Below are positions 58,601-64,000 of a stretch of DNA of 64,000 nucleotides, one piece after another. The notes beneath the pieces are model-generated. The model did not search any database. It saw only the letters and a program-made list of their open reading frames with translations, and was not told the DNA's origin. Position 1 is the first letter of the stretch, and the number at the start of each line of letters is the position of its first letter. The position numbers were made by a program, and so were the translations under genes. This DNA is from Candidatus Bathyarchaeia archaeon (GTDB taxonomy: Archaea > Thermoproteota > Bathyarchaeia > 40CM-2-53-6): positions 800,001 to 864,000 of the forward strand of contig JBEKFP010000001.1 of the NCBI GenBank assembly GCA_050013255.1. The letters run 5' to 3'.

Positions 58601-59412
58601 AATCACTAAACTCGGCGACATGGGTGTGGAACAACGGCAAATATCAACCGTACAGATACAGAAGAAAAGCGATGAGAATTCGTAGGATCAAGTTTGTCGT
58701 ACTTGATGGGGACGGAGTCATCTACGACTTACCCATAAAGCAGGAAGATAGTCCGAAGGTTGCAGCAAGCACTTGGAATGTCTTGTTCAGCAGGCTCGGA
58801 ATCTACGAGGAGCATGAACGTCTCAAAAGGAAATTCATAGCGGGAGAGTTCAAGTCATACGTCGAATGGACAAACGCCGCCTGCAAAGTGCTCAAAGATT
58901 TCGGTCTCAAGAAGAAGATTTTCGAAGACGTCATGGAAACTCGTCAGATTGCGGCCGGAGTTTCAGAAACAGTGAGTGAACTCCGCAAACACGGCATCAT
59001 TGTCGCTACAATAAGCGGTAGTTTCGAAGGTCTGTCTCAACGAGCCAAGAGTACTCTTCCACTGGACGCATATGCCGGACACTGCAGGCTCATATTTGAT
59101 CGCAAGGGTTCACTGAGTGATTGGAGATTAAGAAGGTGTGACTACGAGGACAAAGTGTCCGTCATGCGCAGAATGGGCAGGAAATTCGGAGTCGGAGTGG
59201 ATGAATGCTCATTCGTCGGACATGAGGTGAATGATATTCCCGCACTCAAAGCAAGTGGCCTAGGGATAGCGCTGAACGCCCACAAAGAGAAGGTGAGAAG
59301 AGCAGCGGATATTTCTGTCAAAGGAGACGTGACAGCCATCCTAAAGCTGATTCTAGTAGCGCAGGCCCCTGAACTTGAACCTGTAACTGCGCCACTAGAA
59401 CTGAGTCTGTAA
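58582..59412 (+). CDS. HAD-superfamily phosphatase (SerB-like; start may be ATG 58672)
   Basis: Motif I LDGDGV, II ISGS, III DK, IV VGHEVNDI, GIAL. Confidence 0.85.
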   Translation: MVVPNLKSLNSATWVWNNGKYQPYRYRRKAMRIRRIKFVVLDGDGVIYDLPIKQEDSPKVAASTWNVLFSRLGIYEEHERLKRKFIAGEFKSYVEWTNAACKVLKDFGLKKKIFEDVMETRQIAAGVSETVSELRKHGIIVATISGSFEGLSQRAKSTLPLDAYAGHCRLIFDRKGSLSDWRLRRCDYEDKVSVMRRMGRKFGVGVDECSFVGHEVNDIPALKASGLGIALNAHKEKVRRAADISVKGDVTAILKLILVAQAPELEPVTAPLELSL

Positions 59413-59542
59413 CTGTTCTCGAAGTGTGCTTGTTTTTGGTTCGGGGAACTACTCATGATCTATTGCGTACCCGAAGCGTTCAACACGACCGCAACTGGAA
59501 AGTTCTAAATGCTCTCTCGGATAAACGGACAGACTGTCCGCG

Positions 59543-59584
59543 GGTCCGCCGCACTATCGGTTCCAGACCAGGGTCTGGCAATTT
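59543..59584 (+). repeat. att-like repeat copy 2
   Basis: Ungapped match to copy 1, including 24 identical nt CGGTTCCAGACCAGGGTCTGGCAA. Confidence 0.85.
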
Positions 59585-59720
59585 CCAAAAAATCGTATGG
59601 TAGAAGATCAATGACAACAGTTCGCGCGCAGGCGCGCGACTACAACTCAGATTTCGTCGTTCGCACTACCGTAACCCACCAGGGCGACTTGAAAAGAACC
59701 TTTGACTCCTCGGCGTGAAG

Positions 59721-61862
59721 TTACACTTGGTCCACAACTTTTATGCGGCCTCTAGCCTGGCCAAGCAACTCACGGGCAAGCCGCTCTAGAACCACATCTT
59801 GTTTCCATGGATATCTCTCCACATGGACGAGAGCTCCCTGCCTGGTTGTCTGGAGAATACAAACGGCGTTGTCGCTTTTCATCGAATATTTCGCTGCCTT
59901 AGTGTATTCCTTCAGAAGCTTATGGGACCTGGAATAGCAAAGAACCGAGCCAGTTTCAAGTCTGGTTCGAAATGCTAGATCCTTGTGCTTCTTCGTATAG
60001 GACCAAAGCTTGTCAACCGATTTAGCGAAGATGGCTCGTTCTCCATCAGTCTGTTCTAGCAATATCGCAATTCCATCTATGAACCCTGTGGCGCCATTCT
60101 TCTCAAGAATTTCTACTAGTGACTGCATCGTCTTGGGCATTTTCTGTCTTGGTTTAGGAGTCGGCGTCGAGCGTACGCCGAGGACATGATGATAATAGTC
60201 TTGGATTGGACCTGTAACGTCTGGAAAAATTATGACATTGTTACTGGCTCTGATTCGTTCGGTAAGGAGTTGGTTATCTAAAAACAGACCGAACCAATCT
60301 AATTCCTCAGTGGCAAATGCTTCTAGATCTTGTACTGCTATCCTTCGTTCAAGATAACTTACGAACTCCCCCACCCCGTTGACCAATTCAACTATCACTT
60401 GTAAGTCAAGGTCGAAGACTGACCACGCAGCCTCGTTTCCGCTTACGATTCCGGCCCTAGATAGCCAAGACATGTTTGTTGTGAAGGCGGTCAACGAGTC
60501 TAACGTCACGGAGATAAGATACATGCGTATTATGTTCTTACTTCTGAGACGCACATCGCCCTTAGGACTCTCGAAGTAGACTTCTTCCGAAGATCGAATA
60601 TACCGCGCCGCTCGCGCGTTTTGTTTTTGAGCGTCATCAACCAATCGTTTCAACTGGTCAATTGCACTTCGTGATCCTCTTCGAGCTGCCGTGGACATCG
60701 AGCCAGCTTTCGCTTCAATCAGAAACGCGGTTCTATCCACCAACACAAGCCCGTCAAGTTCGAAGTCTCGAACACCTTGCCCGTCATCATAAGAGTAATG
60801 CAGGTTCACCCACGCGTCGGCGTGGCGCGTAGTTGATTTGATCAGGGCTACTGCGTGGTTTTCTAAGTAATCCGATCTGTGACTTTCGTAGCGCCTCCAT
60901 AGCCCATCATTCTGTTCTAGTATGTTTTCAATAGCTGCTCTGAACCTAAAAATCGATTGTCCTACCAAGTGTACTAACCATAATTCATCAGATAACTTGA
61001 GAAAAGGAGCACGATCAAGGGCGTCGTAAACGCTCGGCCATCCTGCTCCTATCTCCTCCTGTCCAAATTCGGGTGTAAAGAGGTCTAGGAATTTTCTAAT
61101 GACGCGTTGATCGATTTCTGTAACCTTCGTGAGCTCTTCACAAGTCACCAAGAATATTCTGTGCGCCACCGGTCTCATGGTCTTTATCAGGTAACGATTA
61201 ACCTCCTCGCTCTGCTTGCGAAGTTCGCCAGGACCGGGTGTCTTGTGCAAATCAGGACGTTCTGACTTAGATTCTCGGTATATGATTGATTCACACTTCA
61301 AAATCCTACTATTCACCACCTTATCCAGGCCATCAAAAATCCCAAGAGCGTCGGTAATATCGAAACCGATGAGCTCCTGCAGTTCTTTGCTAAACGGATC
61401 AAAGAGTGCGTGCAATTGTGCAGTCATATGATGTCGAAAAGCTTCGCCACGCATGAGAAGGTTCAATATTCTAGTGTGTACGAGGATGTCTTCAGGGTTA
61501 TCACCCAATCGCCCCTTGCCTCTAACCCTAGCATGAGAATAATCCTCAACTAACTTCACAGCTTTCATCGAAAGAGCAAATACTTTTTCGAGATCGTCTT
61601 CTGAAGTCACCTCATCAATTGCGAGTGGATTCGGTGCCGAATCGAAATTACACAGGTACAACCAGGTGACATATTCAGCGTAAATCGGACTAATGTCCTG
61701 CAACTCAACTTCTGGGCTCGTTAGGAATATTCTCATCGCAATGTTCGAAAGAGTCGAAGCGATTGGAAGTTTGCGCACCAGCTCACGGAGTTCTTGAATT
61801 GCTTCCGAAATTTCCTGCTCTAGCACTGCTAAGTCTTTGCGTTCTGCGCCTGATCTCTCCAA
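59721..61862 (-). CDS. Large protein with a NERD/PD-(D/E)xK nuclease-like domain
   Basis: YLENHAV...ELDGLVLVDRTAFLIEAKAG...AQKQNARA. Confidence 0.7.
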   Translation of the reverse strand: MERSGAERKDLAVLEQEISEAIQELRELVRKLPIASTLSNIAMRIFLTSPEVELQDISPIYAEYVTWLYLCNFDSAPNPLAIDEVTSEDDLEKVFALSMKAVKLVEDYSHARVRGKGRLGDNPEDILVHTRILNLLMRGEAFRHHMTAQLHALFDPFSKELQELIGFDITDALGIFDGLDKVVNSRILKCESIIYRESKSERPDLHKTPGPGELRKQSEEVNRYLIKTMRPVAHRIFLVTCEELTKVTEIDQRVIRKFLDLFTPEFGQEEIGAGWPSVYDALDRAPFLKLSDELWLVHLVGQSIFRFRAAIENILEQNDGLWRRYESHRSDYLENHAVALIKSTTRHADAWVNLHYSYDDGQGVRDFELDGLVLVDRTAFLIEAKAGSMSTAARRGSRSAIDQLKRLVDDAQKQNARAARYIRSSEEVYFESPKGDVRLRSKNIIRMYLISVTLDSLTAFTTNMSWLSRAGIVSGNEAAWSVFDLDLQVIVELVNGVGEFVSYLERRIAVQDLEAFATEELDWFGLFLDNQLLTERIRASNNVIIFPDVTGPIQDYYHHVLGVRSTPTPKPRQKMPKTMQSLVEILEKNGATGFIDGIAILLEQTDGERAIFAKSVDKLWSYTKKHKDLAFRTRLETGSVLCYSRSHKLLKEYTKAAKYSMKSDNAVCILQTTRQGALVHVERYPWKQDVVLERLARELLGQARGRIKVVDQV

Positions 61863-61892
61863 TTCACAGCCTCTCCCTCAAGCTATCGCAAT

Positions 61893-62009
61893 TCAAGCTT
61901 TGATTCGAACTGAACCTGGGTTCAGGCTTGTATAGTAAGAGGTGCCCCAGAGGCCGTCCTCTTCGTCATATGTAACGTCCCTTGGACCTAGGAGTTTTCC
62001 CGCCGACAT
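61893..62009 (-). CDS. 38-aa ORF duplicating the C-terminus of 62011-62613
   Basis: MSAGKLLGPRDVTYDEEDGLWGTSYYTSLNPGSVRIKA; 25/33 aa identical to its neighbour's C-terminus; ATG 1 nt after that neighbour's stop. Confidence 0.6.
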   Translation of the reverse strand: MSAGKLLGPRDVTYDEEDGLWGTSYYTSLNPGSVRIKA

Positions 62010-62010
62010 T

Positions 62011-62613
62011 TTATGCTTTTAGTCCAACGTGACCCGGGTTCAAACTTCGATAATAGGAGATTCCCCAAAGGTCATCCTCCTCACTATACGTGACATCACG
62101 TGGGCCTATGAGGTCTCGCTCAACACCATGAGGCAGCTGCACGACTATATCTTTGTTCATCCACTCACGAATGAAATCTCGCCGAATTCTCGACACGCCA
62201 TGGAAACCATCAAACGGTTTCACGTGAAAATCATTGTTCCATTCCAAGTCTGTCTTGATCGAATTAGTGAGAGAGAAAGCAAGCCGCATTTTGAAGTCAA
62301 GCGGAATGAACTGCCCTGAGAATGACCCTTCAGCGACTTTCACCTTGATGTGGCATGATGTCTTTGATCCCCTTAAGCGCAATTTACTGGGACGCAGATG
62401 AGTGGTTCCAGACTTCAATGTAATTTCGCGTATTCCTTCCATGTCGGTGAGGGAAACGAAGACTTCTACCTCTTCATTAGGAAGGACGAGGCCGCAGTTC
62501 GAGGTCATAAACGGGCATTCATTTAACCCGTCGAAAGTCTGGTCTTCTCTTTCGAATTGGTTCCACTCTTCAGGGTTCTTGCTGTTCTGGACAAGATACT
62601 CTAGACCCGCCAC
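62011..62613 (-). CDS. Hypothetical protein, probably 5'-truncated at att-like copy 3
   Basis: The GTG start lies inside the repeat; no SD. Confidence 0.6.
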   Translation of the reverse strand: MAGLEYLVQNSKNPEEWNQFEREDQTFDGLNECPFMTSNCGLVLPNEEVEVFVSLTDMEGIREITLKSGTTHLRPSKLRLRGSKTSCHIKVKVAEGSFSGQFIPLDFKMRLAFSLTNSIKTDLEWNNDFHVKPFDGFHGVSRIRRDFIREWMNKDIVVQLPHGVERDLIGPRDVTYSEEDDLWGISYYRSLNPGHVGLKA

Positions 62614-62645
62614 ACCAACGGTGCCATACCAGGATCCGGCAAATA
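62604..62645 (+). repeat. att-like repeat copy 3
   Basis: GACCCGCCACACCAACGGTGCCATACCAGGATCCGGCAAATA, 37/42 identical to copy 1. Confidence 0.85.
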
Positions 62646-63129
62646 CTGGAAAACGGTCTCGACTGAACTTGCCTCGATCGATTGAATCCTGCCCTTCTTA
62701 GGCGAACCATCTCGTCAACCGTGATGAATCCGGTCCCCTCTTGCTTATGCTGTATCGATCTCATTTCTCTCATGTCGAAGTCAGGCAAAAAGTCTTCAGA
62801 GGAGAACAGACGACTCAGGAGTCTGCAACTCATAGCACGCTTTGACTTCTATGATAAACGATAAACACGCAGGTTACGAAATTACCGAAGTCTTCTGGAG
62901 TTTACCGCTACTAACTGAACTTCTTGATCTCAACAAGCTTAACCGATATTGGTCTTCGAAGCATCACGGAAAGCCGGCCCCTTCGAATCTCTCTCGGGGT
63001 TATGGTTTCTGTATTGTTTCTCTATTGTGGTCTCTGGCTGACGCAATCATCCAATTCCCTCGAGTCCTAGACATCAAAGACGCTGAACTTCTCGTGAGGG
63101 CCTGGCAAGGCAATGTTCCCTTTCACCGC

Positions 63130-64000
63130 ATGCCGACCAAAACGCAGGCAGGTCAACTAGTTCGCAAGATCGTAGATCTGTACCGACCCTTGATGGGAGC
63201 AGATACTTTTGCTGATATTGAGCAAAATGCACCGATTCTATTGCAGGCACTAGTGAAGCCACTTTCTCAAATTTTCCTATCAAGTTTTGGGTTATCATCG
63301 GAGTTCAAGAAAAAGACAAGGCTGGATGTTCTCGAGGCACTCAAAGCCGGAGCCATCTTCAAACTCCTTTTCGAACTACAAAATCGCAAATCAATCAAGA
63401 TTGCCTATAATTACACTTATGATAAAGGCAAGCGATTTTTTGTTCAATCAACCGTTTTGCCCCTGACTGTCTCAAACCAGAGATTCTTTGACGGGTATAA
63501 GCTAGGAATAGTCTACCTTTGGGAATCGCTTCTCGAAGCGAATCAAGACTCAATTCGGAAGATCAAGAGATGCAGGACATGGGATCAACTAGAAACGCTC
63601 CGTAACGTCACTTCTACAACTATAACTCAACCATTTGCTGAACGAATCGGGCTGGAATCTCCCACGGACGAGATTGATTTCAAAAAGAGGCGTAAAATTC
63701 CAGATGAACTGATGACTCCACTTATTCGAAGTCAACACACAGTCCCATTACAACCCGCGTCGACTCAGGAAATTCTAGATGAAGCCTTTCTCTGGTATCC
63801 TCTTGTAATAGCAGGGACAGACGCCACCGCCATTTCTTCTGTGGGCTTCGCGACAGCGTTGCTCGGGACAGCAAAATTGAGACGTGGCCCGATACATGTA
63901 CTGAAATTCATTCACCGGCAGACAGAAGGCAACACGTTCAGCTTTGCTATCTTAATTCATGCGGCGAGCAATGTTGCGGACTACTCCTATTGGTGGGTTT
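63130..64000 (+). CDS. Hypothetical protein, partial (runs off the window end)
   Basis: Open frame MPTKTQAGQLVRKIVDLYRPLMGADTF...ADYSYWWV with no stop before 64000. Confidence 0.75.
   Translation, partial: MPTKTQAGQLVRKIVDLYRPLMGADTFADIEQNAPILLQALVKPLSQIFLSSFGLSSEFKKKTRLDVLEALKAGAIFKLLFELQNRKSIKIAYNYTYDKGKRFFVQSTVLPLTVSNQRFFDGYKLGIVYLWESLLEANQDSIRKIKRCRTWDQLETLRNVTSTTITQPFAERIGLESPTDEIDFKKRRKIPDELMTPLIRSQHTVPLQPASTQEILDEAFLWYPLVIAGTDATAISSVGFATALLGTAKLRRGPIHVLKFIHRQTEGNTFSFAILIHAASNVADYSYWWV

Noticed and set aside
61893-62130. DGR template/variable repeat pair (also considered for 39942/40109 and 51795/51992)
   Set aside because: Differences are not adenine-restricted and no reverse transcriptase is visible.
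62011-62613. Split SSV-type integrase fragment at the att repeat
   Set aside because: No tyrosine-recombinase R-H-x-x-R-Y motifs recognisable.

Overview
Archaeal chromosomal window; gene content, frequent TTG starts and a multi-intron tRNA suggest Thermoproteota, possibly Bathyarchaeia-like (inference). Housekeeping blocks: purH-C-S-Q-L-F; gluconate dehydratase; two F420-type LLM oxidoreductases around a KaiC-like ATPase and an ABC-2 exporter; a group-4 [NiFe]-hydrogenase operon in complex-I gene order (A-B-C-D-H-I-J-K-L-M/N) with its maturation protease; nadM, ogt, nreA, rtcA; a UPF0182 protein; a prpD-like/comA pair; psmB-translin-endoV-ribK; ribL-DUF357-dph5. Main unexpected signals: (1) a catalytically intact TnpB is the only gene of a 1258-bp element with IS6-like terminal inverted repeats (GGCACTGTT.../GGTTCTGTT...) and an 8-bp target duplication (7/8), and two orphan copies of its right end lie elsewhere in the window; (2) a tRNA-Lys(CUU) with three BHB-type introns; (3) the 3' end of that tRNA plus a palindromic arm recurs twice downstream, dividing the island into integrase-less 3-4 kb segments; (4) three genes are followed by a diverged orphan copy of their own 3' end; (5) a dispersed 43-bp repeat family; (6) several microproteins missed by the ORF track. 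All functional calls come from motif recognition by eye; no database searches were run.
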